A stretch of 64,000 bases of DNA, taken from the IMG/VR virus record IMGVR_UViG_3300044675_007236. One strand, written 5' to 3'. The position numbers and the translations under genes are program-made. Every line of letters begins with the position of its first letter. Position 1 is the stretch's first letter. A model generated the notes under the pieces. It ran no database searches, was not told the origin of the DNA, and saw only the letters and a program-made list of their open reading frames with translations. This DNA comes from a virus (lineage: Duplodnaviria; Caudoviricetes). This document shows, in pieces, positions 40,013-51,351 of this stretch.

Positions 40013-41467
40013 TCGCCCACCCACTTGTGTTTTTCCCAAACGAGACGCTGTGGCGCGTGACCGCCGGTACCGTCTTCGTCCGTGTCCGGAGAATCCGAAC
40101 AACCGTAGTCACCGTCCGCTGTTGACCAGTCCGGACAACCTCCGCCAACTAGAAGATCAACATAAATAGTTTCGCCGCAGTGCTTGCACGTTGATTCTGC
40201 CCCTTCTACATTAGACAGAAAGCTGTCAAGAAACTTTTCGGCACCATATTCCTGCAGCCAACTCAACCAGTTTTGTTTGTCTTGTTTCAACCTGTTCAGT
40301 TTTTCGGTCTCAATGACTTGTGCTTTATTTTCGTTTTCCTGGCAGTAATCTTTAGCTACGTGCAGTGAATCAAAAACAGTTGCAGATGACAACAACGTTG
40401 GCCTTGGTATGTGTCGTTCGATACCGATCGGAAACACTACGGCGAATCGACCTTTTTCAGTCATCAAAATATGCCAATAACACTCGGGTTTATCTCGTTC
40501 TGCGAACCAATTCCCGCGATCAAAACTCCACACTAATTGTTTTTCAGTCAAGTTTATTCTCCTGATTTTCTGTGCCGTTTAACAACTGCGGCGGCATAAT
40601 TTGGTTGAACAGATTACCGTCCTCTTGCAGTTTCGCTCGTACAAATTTAAAGGTAGTATCAAATACAGCACCTTCAGTGAAAGTAGCCAATAAAATATTC
40701 GGCCTATTTGCAGCTAGCCAATTAAGTAAATCGTATGAATCTACCTCGCACTCAAAACCGTTTGTATCCCCAGAAAAAGGTTGACGCGTTACAATTTTCA
40801 AAAATTCAAATAACGCTGCAGCTTTTTCGTCGCCGTTGTCTGCCATGAACATAACAACGTCGTCTGCAGGGTAATCGCCGCGAAACCCGCACGCACCTAG
40901 TGCGATTATCGCTTCATCACTAGCCCGCTGTGCCCACAGAGTAGCGTCAAATTCGATTTCAAATTGACGGCAGTCGCTCCAGGCTTTTGCATGAATCATT
41001 TTTGCTCCTAATCAAATACGAAGTGCCATTTTTTGTTCAACAGTCAGTTGTGCCAATGTTTCCTGTTTGATTTGGTTTTGCGACTTACCGATCAAATCAG
41101 GGTACAGTTTATTGTCAAAAGCGATCACAAAATTCTGGATAGCTTTCGGAACGTCTGGGTCCATAGTCTGGTGGTCGTTCCAAGTTATTTTGACCTCGCT
41201 TCTACCTTCAAAGTAGAAGATACCGTAGCCTGTATCGCGGTAACCTGGAGCGTATCTAACCGTGTCAACCACCAGCCCACGGCTAAGGTTTGGAAACTTA
41301 CGGTAGATTGCTTTTATAACAGGGCAAAATTCTCTGTTGCGAACTTCTCCGGTTATACCGTACACTCGACAGTAATCCGCAACTTCGTCGGTTGTGTTGC
41401 CCATTGACGCAAGAAACTCTGAAATTTTCATTTTTTTCCTTTTGAGTTAAATGCTGTTACCAAGCAG

Positions 41468-41779
41468 CTAGCCGCCGTGTTTTTCGAGTAGCTTATAGGC
41501 CTCCGTGTGAGCCGCTTCCGCTTCATCGAGCGTCAACCAGCTTTGATCGATGTGCGAATACTCAAGCACCTGTCTAAGCACCTTGAGCAACCTTGGAGCG
41601 TCTGCCCAAAGTTCCGCGTTGGCCTTGGTCTCTTCGGCGGTAGTTCCATTCCCAGACTCTAGACGCCCAACCGCCGCTCCTAAAAACACGTCTCTAGCCT
41701 TGACCCGGTACGTGTTTTTGAAGTTGGTAGACTTCTCAACCCGCCACGGCCCCTTAGTAAATTTCGATTTCGTCATCAT
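41468..41779 (-). CDS. Phage protein SKFTKGPW...ANA.L.A.AP family (paralog 2)
   Basis: Shares KSKFTKG.WRV and AN(A)..ADAPR.L.VLR with its neighbour. Confidence 0.6.
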   Translation of the reverse strand: MMTKSKFTKGPWRVEKSTNFKNTYRVKARDVFLGAAVGRLESGNGTTAEETKANAELWADAPRLLKVLRQVLEYSHIDQSWLTLDEAEAAHTEAYKLLEKHGG

Positions 41780-41806
41780 GTTTCCTTTCGAGTTAAACCG
41801 CCTGAA

Positions 41807-42115
41807 TTAGCCGCCGAGTCTTTCGAGTACCGCCCTGGCATCTGCAAACGCTTGCTCGGATTCCGCTGCAAGCTCTCTGTCTCGCAATGGTAAAGCGAAA
41901 TCGTGAAGCGTTCGCAGCACTTCCAGCATTCTTGGAGCTTCGGCCATTAGGTTTGCGATAGCCTCGATCTCCTCGGGCTTGAGTAAGTGACTCGACACGA
42001 CGGCAAGGCATAAATCCGCAGATGCTATCCGCTTTGAATTAGGGATGTCCCTTGCTCCTAAAACCCGCCACGTACCCTTAGTAAACTTCGATTTTGCCAT
42101 TTCATTTCCTTTCAA
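41807..42115 (-). CDS. Phage protein SKFTKG...APRMLEVLR family (paralog 1)
   Basis: Tandem paralog of 41468-41779; both end LE.(H/L)GG. Confidence 0.6.
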   Translation of the reverse strand: MKGNEMAKSKFTKGTWRVLGARDIPNSKRIASADLCLAVVSSHLLKPEEIEAIANLMAEAPRMLEVLRTLHDFALPLRDRELAAESEQAFADARAVLERLGG

Positions 42116-44478
42116 GTGTTAACTTTCAGTCTCGCGTAAGCTTTGTCCAGCATTTCTGCCGGTACAAAATCAAAAACCTCGCCTAAGTTTTTGCGTGTAA
42201 AATCAAGCCAACCTTTGTACATACGAATACCTTTTGGAATTTCAAGCTGTGTAAAGTGTTTAAGATAGTTCATGGCTATCTTGTCAGCACTGTGCGACAG
42301 TAGTCTTGGCTCTAGGTCTTCGTCTGTAACGTCGACTTCAACTACTTCAATAGCGTTCGGTTTGTCGTTAAACGCTATGAAGTAATTGTCAGCGCACTTA
42401 CGAACAGCTGTACTTAGTTTTTCAAGCTTTCTCGGCCAGTGATGCTTCCAACCGGTCAGCGGTCCCTCTTTCAAATCGAACCTAACGAAAAGCTGATGCA
42501 AAAAAGCATCGTATTCGTCGCGGGTAAGTGATATGCCGTATGGAGTTTTTTTACCGACTTGAGCCGTAATTTGAGCACACATAGCAATAGCCAACGCCCA
42601 CATAATTTCCATTTCGGGACCGGTTTTTTGCAGTGCCTCTTTGACGTCTTCCGTCATTTTGCAGTAGCTTTGTCGCGGACCTGGCGCGTCCTCGGGAAAA
42701 GCGTATTTAGGTGTGTCTCTAAATACGCTTTTAACCAGCTTGGCGTTGAAAAACTGAAATCCTTCTGGATCCCAACCAATTCGGTCGAGACCTTTAACAA
42801 CGCTTGGCTCTTCAAACTTACAAGCTACAAACAGTGGATCAAATTTTTCCATGCTTTTTTTGCCCCAGGTGTTTGCCTCGTGCGACAAAAAGACAGGAAT
42901 TTCATTAGCTAAGGCGAGTTCTACAAAGTACCTGAGCGTTCCTTTTTTTTCTTCAACCCTAAAAGGTATTTCATGACCTTTGATAATAAATTTTCCAATG
43001 TACTCGTGTTTGTTATCTGGTCTTACAACGATGTGACTTACACGCAATACACCTGGAAAACGTATTACGCCCTCTAAGTTAAACCACTTGCCGTCTCGCT
43101 CTACGACAACAACATGACCAAAATTGAAAATTTTGCCTGAACTAATGTCGGTTGGAACCTTAACACGCCTCGAGAAACCGGCTTTGACTTTAGGATCTAT
43201 GTGTTTTCGGACTAACTGCGAAACGCTTTCATTGTAATTGTCGCAGTCACTAAGTAGCTGTGCTTTCTTGTCGAACGACGTTGTTTTAAGCCAGTCTGAC
43301 AAAGCTTTCTCGTAAGGTTTGGCGTTGTCTGCTATACGTCTAACAATGTCTAGTGGCGGATCGTGTCTCAGCCAACTGTGCCAGTTACTAGGAGTAACTT
43401 GGACATTCTGTTGACGTAAAGATTCAGGCCCGACAAATGACAATTTGGCGTCCAGCATCATAGCTTGATGTAAAATAAGCGGCGTCGGATACTTTTCCCA
43501 AAAGATAGGCAACCGACCTTCTGCAATAGACCACTGGCGTTTGCAAAACGACCTTGGCGGTCTTTTCCAACCGAACATAGGAAGAGGTACGTCGCTGGTA
43601 AGAAAGTTCAAATTCTGCAATTGCAGGTAGTTGAGCATCATAGACGTTACTACTACAAACGGAGACTGAAACCTGTGCATAAGTTGCAAACCGGAAAAAG
43701 CAATGTTGCTCATGCAAAGTTTCATACCAGGAGCTATTTCCTCGTCCTGCGTTGTCAGCGTCACGTAACCTATGTCGACAGGGTTACGGTAACAGGGCAC
43801 AACTAGAAGCGACCTATCGCGGGTTTTAAACTGCGGCTCGTTGAAAAGATTGCGTATTTCTCTATCGCTGATTGTACCGTACAAAGCACCAGGGCCAGCC
43901 ATAAACCGTTCTCGGCTCATTCGATCAGGACGTAAGCCGTAGCGGTTTAGTAGCTCTGTACCCTGAACTGTAGGTTTAATCATTTCCTGTTGTGCAGTAT
44001 GCCAGATTTTGTTTATGCGGGCTTGTCGCTCGGTTACACGCTTAAAATCCTCAAAAACGGTGTCTGGCATTTTGCATTCTATTTTAGAATACAAGTACCT
44101 AACAGCCTCGGTCTGGGACATCTTCAGGCGTTCAGCCGCCAGGCTAAATACTGTTCCTGCCTTTTTGCACTCGAAACAGTAGTGCGATTCTTCTAAATAT
44201 TTGTTATCCTGGTGTATAGTCCAGGCGTTTTCGCCGCAATATGGACACGTTCCCGACGCCGTGTAGATATCGAAGGGTTCTAGCCCTATGTAAGGGGCTA
44301 TAACGGAATACGGCAAACTGGCGTGAATTTCGAGGAGACTAGACACAATGACTAACCCTGTACTTGACCCTATCAATGATAAAAATAAGTCCGGCCTGTT
44401 CAAAGTCGCAGAGGCTTTTGAGCTCCCTGACTTTGTCAAGACAGCGAATATGGACGCTACGCTGCATCCGGTAAACAT
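42112..44478 (-). CDS. Large protein with N-terminal primase-type Zn finger
   Basis: CPYCG...HYCFECKKAGTVF..A....SQTEAVRYL resembles the CHC2 primase Zn-binding domain; no intact TOPRIM motif seen. True start is probably downstream of 44478. Confidence 0.5.
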   Translation of the reverse strand: MFTGCSVASIFAVLTKSGSSKASATLNRPDLFLSLIGSSTGLVIVSSLLEIHASLPYSVIAPYIGLEPFDIYTASGTCPYCGENAWTIHQDNKYLEESHYCFECKKAGTVFSLAAERLKMSQTEAVRYLYSKIECKMPDTVFEDFKRVTERQARINKIWHTAQQEMIKPTVQGTELLNRYGLRPDRMSRERFMAGPGALYGTISDREIRNLFNEPQFKTRDRSLLVVPCYRNPVDIGYVTLTTQDEEIAPGMKLCMSNIAFSGLQLMHRFQSPFVVVTSMMLNYLQLQNLNFLTSDVPLPMFGWKRPPRSFCKRQWSIAEGRLPIFWEKYPTPLILHQAMMLDAKLSFVGPESLRQQNVQVTPSNWHSWLRHDPPLDIVRRIADNAKPYEKALSDWLKTTSFDKKAQLLSDCDNYNESVSQLVRKHIDPKVKAGFSRRVKVPTDISSGKIFNFGHVVVVERDGKWFNLEGVIRFPGVLRVSHIVVRPDNKHEYIGKFIIKGHEIPFRVEEKKGTLRYFVELALANEIPVFLSHEANTWGKKSMEKFDPLFVACKFEEPSVVKGLDRIGWDPEGFQFFNAKLVKSVFRDTPKYAFPEDAPGPRQSYCKMTEDVKEALQKTGPEMEIMWALAIAMCAQITAQVGKKTPYGISLTRDEYDAFLHQLFVRFDLKEGPLTGWKHHWPRKLEKLSTAVRKCADNYFIAFNDKPNAIEVVEVDVTDEDLEPRLLSHSADKIAMNYLKHFTQLEIPKGIRMYKGWLDFTRKNLGEVFDFVPAEMLDKAYARLKVNT

Positions 44479-45502
44479 TGCAAAAACTGCGTTTGCGGAT
44501 TTCCCTAGTAGTTTAAGATATCCTTGCCATACTGCAGCTGCAACGTGGATGTCTACTGCCTATTTTCAGCTCAAAAAAGCTTCTTTCAATACTGCGGAGC
44601 AGAAAAGAATTAAGGATAACCTGCAAAAAGCAGCCGCGTATTTCGGAATAAGACCCGCTTGCGACAAAGTTTTGTCACACGAAGTGCACGTTGAGAAGCT
44701 GGCTGACAGCGACTATGCGTATGTCTACCGGTCAGATACAGGCGATGTTGAACGACATTTTCCAATCACCAACGCAGAGGAAATCAAAGTCGCCGCAGAT
44801 TGGCTCGAAGAAAATAAACAGCACTTCATTTTCGAAGATCGCTGCATTGTAGCCGAGAAGATTCTGCGTAAAGCCGCGTCGGTCGGTGTTCGACTGGACG
44901 ACGAACTGGCCAGCAAACTAGAAAAGCAAGCCGGTTACGGGCTTCCAGATCTTACGTTAGTACAATTGGCTTTGAGTAATAGAGCTTTGCTTACCCGAGA
45001 CAGTAAACACCGAGCTAGCATTGAGAAGCTTGCTGAAGAAATAAAAGACAAGCCTGAGCTTTTCCTAAGTCGGGAAACCTCGCTGAAGCTGGCCTCGGCT
45101 ATCGACCAGCTTGATCACGCTATCGGGCTTAACGGAAAGTACACAGCCCTTATTCCCAGTCCCGAAGACATTGTTTTCACGGTTTCGCTCGTTAAAGCAG
45201 CCGCAGCTTGCGGCGATATGTGCGAGCTGCAGACAGGTAACGTTTATGAAAAAGATCAACTTGCCAAACTAGCACGACAAGACCTTGTTGAAATTTTTGG
45301 TGACGATTTCGCCAAGGAGGCTTGCGTGGGTTTGGCAGTTGATCCCGAGAAGTTGGCTACTATTGCTCACACGCTACCTAAGCCCGACGCGGAGCTGCTT
45401 GAAAAACTTCTTAAAGAAGCAGGACAATCGCCTGCCAGATTTAAAGTGGCAAGCAGTCCGCTTGATGAAATGGACTTAGATAGTATTGCAGCTAGTTACT
45501 AA
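44348..45502 (+). CDS. Hypothetical protein (possible head morphogenesis)
   Basis: 384-aa plus-strand ORF with GGAG RBS; Ala/Lys-rich; function is a guess from orientation shared with the terminase. Confidence 0.5.
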   Translation: MTNPVLDPINDKNKSGLFKVAEAFELPDFVKTANMDATLHPVNIAKTAFADFPSSLRYPCHTAAATWMSTAYFQLKKASFNTAEQKRIKDNLQKAAAYFGIRPACDKVLSHEVHVEKLADSDYAYVYRSDTGDVERHFPITNAEEIKVAADWLEENKQHFIFEDRCIVAEKILRKAASVGVRLDDELASKLEKQAGYGLPDLTLVQLALSNRALLTRDSKHRASIEKLAEEIKDKPELFLSRETSLKLASAIDQLDHAIGLNGKYTALIPSPEDIVFTVSLVKAAAACGDMCELQTGNVYEKDQLAKLARQDLVEIFGDDFAKEACVGLAVDPEKLATIAHTLPKPDAELLEKLLKEAGQSPARFKVASSPLDEMDLDSIAASY

Positions 45503-45910
45503 CTGCGAGCTAGCGGTCGAAGTGGTTTTCGTACACCTATACCCTTGAAGCCGTGCTCGGAAGCGACAGACTTAAGTAAGTCGCGATCGGAGCAGAAGCT
45601 ATTTACGTTGTCGGTATTTCGACAGCCTTCGCACTTTCCGCAGCGGTGGTGTACAAGTGCTCGAACCAGTTCTTTTCGGGTTTTAATACCCCAAAGTAAC
45701 TGGATAACGTAAGGCATTTCTTCGACCTGTTTACACACACGTTGCGATACCGGTCGCTGCGGTAGGTCGATTAGTTCAGCCATGTATTTCCAACGCTCGA
45801 GTTCAGCCGTGGCAATTGCACCAAACTTGCCGTCTTCGTCGTAGTAACGAGCCTGCATTTCATCGCGAAGCCAGTTTTTCGATTTGCTGTAAACGGCAAT
45901 TAGCCTGCCG

Positions 45911-46792
45911 TCAAGCATGTAGACTTTTACGTTCGGCTTTGACCGATTTAGGTTTTGACCTTGAGTGTTTTGATTTCTGCTTTGACTTACTGTTGCAGTT
46001 TCGTTTCGCATTCTTTGCTACTTTCTGTTTAAAATTCTGTTGCAATTCGTGGCTAGCTTTAAAAGCGGAATTAGCGTTGCCACTTACGCTGTTTTCCGAG
46101 TTACTTCTGACAATTTTGGCGTTTACCCTGTGTAACAATGCCGGGGTATAGCACAGCTTACAAGCACTACACGTTGTCTTTGTAGTGCCGTTTTCTACCG
46201 GGCAGACTATTGTGCTCCTGACTTGTTTGACGACGCTCTTACGCTTATTGCGAAAGAATAAGTCGACACTGTAATCAGGAATATCGTCGTCGCTGCCCTG
46301 TAGGTAGCATCGCATCACGTGCGAAGTCGACGGAGGTTCACCGGTGTTCTTGTCACAAGAATACCAAAGACGTGCGTTAGGTAACGCAGCAAATTTGGAA
46401 AAGGCTTGCACCATAGAATCATTGATAGAACCATCCCTATTCCGCCAGCTACGGGTGTAGGCGTAGAACGTTACGTCCGGCCTTCGCGTAGCAATTTCTG
46501 TCCACTTTTCAACATATTCCGGGCTGTAGAAATCACCTGCGGCGTGGATACGGACAGTGCGGATTTTAAAAAGAAGCAAACAACCTAGTATGAAACCGAC
46601 AAAGAAGTCAGTTAAAGATAGTTTGTAGTTGTTGGCTAGACTTGTTTTTACTGTCTTGTGGTTGTAATGGCTTTGCATTGCATAACATATTGCAAGACAA
46701 GCAACTGTAGCCCCAATACAAATGTGACCTAGTCCTGCAGGTAAACTCCACTGCCAGATAAATCTTCCAAGTTTACGATTGCCTCGTTTCAC
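45911..46792 (-). CDS. GP88-like protein
   Basis: CIGATVACLAICYA, VRIHAAGDFYS.EY..KW..IA...P...FYAYTRSW, CSACKLC. Confidence 0.75.
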   Translation of the reverse strand: MKRGNRKLGRFIWQWSLPAGLGHICIGATVACLAICYAMQSHYNHKTVKTSLANNYKLSLTDFFVGFILGCLLLFKIRTVRIHAAGDFYSPEYVEKWTEIATRRPDVTFYAYTRSWRNRDGSINDSMVQAFSKFAALPNARLWYSCDKNTGEPPSTSHVMRCYLQGSDDDIPDYSVDLFFRNKRKSVVKQVRSTIVCPVENGTTKTTCSACKLCYTPALLHRVNAKIVRSNSENSVSGNANSAFKASHELQQNFKQKVAKNAKRNCNSKSKQKSKHSRSKPKSVKAERKSLHA

Positions 46793-47994
46793 TCGTCATC
46801 CTCGTCGTCTATGAGTTCGTTTTTCTCTGCTAACCAGTGTGGAACAACGAAGTAACCTTCGTCACCCTTCGCAAGACAGTCCGTGTCTTTTAGCTGGCTA
46901 AGAGGTATCCAGATTTCACTGACTTTTGGTGCGGTTAAAGTTACAAGCATCGCTTTGGGTGTAAGATGTTTGACTTTACCTTCTAGTGTGACGTCATCTT
47001 TATCGGGCATCAAAACTCTCCCGAGACAAAACAGCTACAATCGAATAAGTAGAACCTCTGTCTGCATACGGACGAACGAGACCGTTGTCGGGGACTTCTT
47101 TAAACGTGTTGCTAGGCCCGTAGGGCAAAATGACTTTATTGCCTAATCTCGACGAACACATGTCGTGACATTCGCTTAGAAACCAGCCTGCAGGATTGAA
47201 TTTGCGTGTCTGCTCGAGAAGTATCTCAGCCAGTTTTTCTGTTGTTGATTCTTGTGTTTCGCAATAACTATCTGCAAATTCCTTGAAGTTAATCTTTTCC
47301 ATTTTCCACTTTACAAAAAAGCTGCTCGCTAGCACCTGGCGAGCAGCTACCATAACTTGTCCGTGGTACAAAGTTAGTACATGATTCGGGTAGCGAGGTT
47401 GGCGGTTGCAACTTCTTATTCTTGGTTTTCACCTTAGGCTGATACCGCTTGCAGTGCTCTCTGAAAATGCAGTTAACACCAGAACATAACTCGCTACTTT
47501 TCATCGTTACTTGCCTCTAGGTGAACGCTTGGCTACAACGGTTTCTGGTCGAACGCTGATAGTGCCGTTGACGGTAGTGTTGCCTTCCTTTGGCTTTTTG
47601 CTCTGCTGGTTTTGGAAGCTTAGCTTGCACTTTTCAACTTCGCTTTCAAAATGCGATCGAATTTCATTGTTGACCGCTGCAGATTTATTAGCTCTGATAA
47701 GTTTACCCATAACACCCTGGTCGCCAAAGAGACTATCAATCCAGGCAAGGCTTTCTTCAGGTTTCTTTTTGTTGCTGTCGAGCGATTGCGCGTACATCAA
47801 AATTGTCTCAACGAGGAAATCACCGACTTTAAATTGCGGATAAGCCTCACCGGCTTCCGCTTTAACAAGTGCATAAGTTACGTCGAGCGTCAGATCGCCG
47901 CTGTATGCACCGGCTTCAAACTTTTTAGTTTCAAGCTTTTCTTTTTCTTTCTCGAGTAGTTTGATTGTGGCAGTAACATCCGCTAAAGACAGAG

Positions 47995-48309
47995 TCATGT
48001 GGTTTCTCCAAGTAGTTGTTGTTCAATGAATTCTATCTCGGCGTCGATAGCTTTTTGCCGAGAATCGTACGGACCTAGCACCGGTCCATCAAAAATGCGG
48101 GCTTGCCAGCGACAAGTCCAAGTTCTAGTCCAGCACGCAAGCTTTGAATCGTCGCTGACACGCTTTCTAATCGCACGGAAAATAGATTGCAAAACCGGGT
48201 TTACCGGTTCAACACGACTGACCCGCCTTTTGCAGGTCAGCCCCAGGTCCCGTGTTATCTCATTCTCCAGGCTTTCGATGTTACCATTTGGGTGAATGAT
48301 TATGCGCAT
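47995..48309 (-). CDS. Small conserved protein of the DUF2997/AAA module
   Basis: MRIIIHPNG...RRVSRVEP...GPVLGPY.SR..A..AE; position at the end of the module. Confidence 0.5.
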   Translation of the reverse strand: MRIIIHPNGNIESLENEITRDLGLTCKRRVSRVEPVNPVLQSIFRAIRKRVSDDSKLACWTRTWTCRWQARIFDGPVLGPYDSRQKAIDAEIEFIEQQLLGETT

Positions 48310-49550
48310 GCTTTATCGATCTTGCGACCGACCTTTTGAATTTTTCTAATCTCGATCTCTTGCGTAGAGATTTTTTGAAGCAAATTGTTGAACGTGGTGT
48401 GTGCAGACTTGCGAGCAAAGCCGCTGTTTTTGATTTCTCGCGTGATGGAGTCTGCCGAATTGCCCATATTTGAAAGAGCATCCTGCACTTCCTTAGCCAA
48501 GTCAATTACAGGCTTGCCCTCTTCGCCTAGCATATTTTGGACCGACGCGATTTTTTGTGCTAACCATTGCAAGTTGCTAAAACCACTTTGCGTTAGCGAT
48601 TTGTATTCGTCAGTTTCGTAGGGTTTCAGCTCGAGATACTCCTGCTCTGTAAGTAGCAGGCTTTTTTCTTTTCCAACTTGCTTGAAACCATTTTTACCGG
48701 CAGGTACACATTCTTGTGCGATGATTTGTACGTAACCTGCTGGTATCTCATCGTTATCGCTGTGTCGAATAATCTCACGCACTTCGGCATCTCGCAAGTT
48801 GTAGTACGGATTATCAAGTCCAGGAATAAGCCGTATTCGCTTGCCGCAGTTTCTAGCTACAGTAGCTACCATTTCCTTGAGCTCGTAAACAAGCTCACCA
48901 ACTGCACCGTTTACAGACGCTTCAAGCCGCTGTTCTGCTTGTTTACGTATTTTTTCGGAAGTGGCTGGAGCTAAATTTGCTATAGTAAATGTGGCGTTGT
49001 ACGGCTCAATCCTAGGTACGTCGCAAGTAATGGCGTCTGCTAACTCTTGCGATGTCGGATATTTGCGTTCAACGACCACCCAGTCTTTGCCCAGCTTTAT
49101 TTTGTCGCTTTCTTTGATCTTGTTGTAGTTTTCCTCGGAGGATACACGCTTGCCCCAGTCCAGGTACTGATCCCTTGCCGCGTTAAATCGGGTTAGAAAT
49201 TCATCGAGCTTTGCAGCCTCGATCAGATGGGAGCCTGGAACCTTTTCTGGTTTAAGATTTTCCGTATCCGCAGCCGTACCGACAAGCGTGTACTCTGGGA
49301 TGGTATACTCGTCTCGTATGATGCCCAGCAGCCTACGAAGGTTTGTACCTTCTTTGATCAGATCGTCGTTTGACGCACCGAGAATCGCATAGGATCCTCG
49401 GAGAACTTTAGAGTCCACGCCTTGCTCTCTGGCAAGAACAGCTTTAGATTGTTCAGTAAGTGCTATCGACGATGGCAGCCAGCCTACTGTGTATTTGATA
49501 GTCAAATACTCGACTTTGTTTTCTTCTTGGTTATTGGGTTGGTTTTCCAC
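48300..49550 (-). CDS. DUF3150-like protein
   Basis: Helical 416-aa protein directly after the AAA ATPase, as in the DUF2997-DUF1257-AAA-DUF3150 gene neighbourhood; assignment largely from context. Confidence 0.45.
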   Translation of the reverse strand: MENQPNNQEENKVEYLTIKYTVGWLPSSIALTEQSKAVLAREQGVDSKVLRGSYAILGASNDDLIKEGTNLRRLLGIIRDEYTIPEYTLVGTAADTENLKPEKVPGSHLIEAAKLDEFLTRFNAARDQYLDWGKRVSSEENYNKIKESDKIKLGKDWVVVERKYPTSQELADAITCDVPRIEPYNATFTIANLAPATSEKIRKQAEQRLEASVNGAVGELVYELKEMVATVARNCGKRIRLIPGLDNPYYNLRDAEVREIIRHSDNDEIPAGYVQIIAQECVPAGKNGFKQVGKEKSLLLTEQEYLELKPYETDEYKSLTQSGFSNLQWLAQKIASVQNMLGEEGKPVIDLAKEVQDALSNMGNSADSITREIKNSGFARKSAHTTFNNLLQKISTQEIEIRKIQKVGRKIDKACA

Positions 49551-49554
49551 TAGA

Positions 49555-51351
49555 TTACTCCTTTGCTCGAGTTACTTTACGAACGACACGTTTTGGGGCT
49601 GACACTGCGTCTATTGCATTTTTTGCTTTGAAGCGGTCTCCGGTTTCTGCACAAATGCAACCGGCAGCTTCTGCCCATTCCAGCAGATTATCCATCTGCT
49701 CTTTATTCTTCTCGTAAGACGGTGTTATCCACTTTGATGCTGTCTTGATATCTACTCGCTGCATTTCTGCCAGACGACAGCACGAAGCGATGTCAGCCGG
49801 AGTCCAGTACTGATCAGTTGGTAGATCTTGGTCTGCAAGATCGTGTCGCTGCATATACATTTCCCAGGCGTGGCTCTTTGCATCGCTGCCTGGAAACCCA
49901 ACAAAGAACAAGGCGTCGACACGCCCAGAACGTGTAATCTCGTCTGGCAAGTTTGCGATGTTATTTGCAGCCGACAAAATCACCGTGCTTTTTTGATCGT
50001 TAAACCAAGTTAGCAAAGTGCCAAGCATACGGTTTTCTAGCCCGCCCGACTCACCGGATCCGCCCTGCGGCAAGAATCGCTGAAATTCGTCGATACCCAG
50101 GATGCCGCCAATTTCTTCGACTGTACGAAGCATGTTAGCTAGAATCTTGTCAGTGTCGCCAACCCACTTTGAATACAGGTTGCTAGCTTGCATCGAAGAA
50201 AGCGGAAGACCGAACTCACCTGAACAGCACTTCATAGTCATTGACTTACCGGTACCTGGAACACCAAGCATCAGCACGTGTCGTAACTTAGATCGGTCTG
50301 GAACGTCAGGGCTAAAACCGTTTTTAAGGTAAGACTTAAGCCCGTTTAGTCCGATGATCGAATCGAATGTATAGAAGTTACGCTCGGGTCGGTAGAGTTT
50401 GTTGAAGCTGTCAACTGGCATTGGCTCAAGCCACTGCTCAATCTTTTTGCCGTTTTGCATGAAACTGATACGAGCTCTAATCTCGTCTTGGTTCACATAC
50501 TCTTCTGAAAGCATTGTTACGTCGACAGCTTCGCGTAACTCTTCTATCGTTTCTTCGGGCCATAGTTTGATCGCTTGCTGAAAAGCGGGCGACCAAACAT
50601 CTAGCTTAGAGCTACGAGACAGGTGTTTGGCTTTTCGGTGAAAAAGGAAACCAGGATCAAACGAACCTTTTTCCGACAAGGACTCGGCACCGTACTGGTT
50701 CACCTTTGCTCGAGACAAACCCGCGGTGGCTTCAATAGACTTATCGCTTACCTCAGATTCGCTGTCAAGATTTGACAAAAGCGCTTGACGTTCTTCTTCG
50801 TCCGGCAAGTTGTGATGAAGAACTTCGAAGTGCTCGACAAGCTCGTAAGGTAATTCGACGTCCGGTGCAGTCTGTGCGATCAAAAATACACGAGCGTTTT
50901 GACCTTCTAAAATTAGCTTCTGGGTTTGAGCCAGAAGAAACGCATCGACTTGACCCCCGGCAGTGCCGTTTGGAAAAAGAAATCGGTCGTAATTCCTAAC
51001 CAGAACAACAAACTTTTTGACAGACTCGTCCTGCATGTTTTCTAGCGAAACACCGCTCTGCTCGATTGCAATACGATTACGTGCGTTATTGATCGCAAAA
51101 TCCATTGCAGCGTACAGTGTAGCTTTTTGTTTGCCAAATGCATCTTCACTTACTGCCACCGTTTCGCCTTTTATGTCGGTCAGGCCGTCAACCGGATCCC
51201 AGTTAAGTAGAATGATACCGTCCGGGCCAGTCGTGTCGACGTTGTCAATTGCATAGTTAAGAAGTTCAATGTGAACATCTTCTGGCTCCAGTGATGTTAC
51301 ACATAGCCCGGCTTGACCCGATGCAAGATATTTCAAAATCGTCTTAAGCAT
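49555..51351 (-). CDS. AAA+ ATPase (Ycf46-like)
   Basis: GVPGTGKS Walker A, LYSKWVGDT, GIDEF Walker B, AANNIANLPDEITRSGRVD SRH. Confidence 0.9.
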   Translation of the reverse strand: MLKTILKYLASGQAGLCVTSLEPEDVHIELLNYAIDNVDTTGPDGIILLNWDPVDGLTDIKGETVAVSEDAFGKQKATLYAAMDFAINNARNRIAIEQSGVSLENMQDESVKKFVVLVRNYDRFLFPNGTAGGQVDAFLLAQTQKLILEGQNARVFLIAQTAPDVELPYELVEHFEVLHHNLPDEEERQALLSNLDSESEVSDKSIEATAGLSRAKVNQYGAESLSEKGSFDPGFLFHRKAKHLSRSSKLDVWSPAFQQAIKLWPEETIEELREAVDVTMLSEEYVNQDEIRARISFMQNGKKIEQWLEPMPVDSFNKLYRPERNFYTFDSIIGLNGLKSYLKNGFSPDVPDRSKLRHVLMLGVPGTGKSMTMKCCSGEFGLPLSSMQASNLYSKWVGDTDKILANMLRTVEEIGGILGIDEFQRFLPQGGSGESGGLENRMLGTLLTWFNDQKSTVILSAANNIANLPDEITRSGRVDALFFVGFPGSDAKSHAWEMYMQRHDLADQDLPTDQYWTPADIASCCRLAEMQRVDIKTASKWITPSYEKNKEQMDNLLEWAEAAGCICAETGDRFKAKNAIDAVSAPKRVVRKVTRAKE

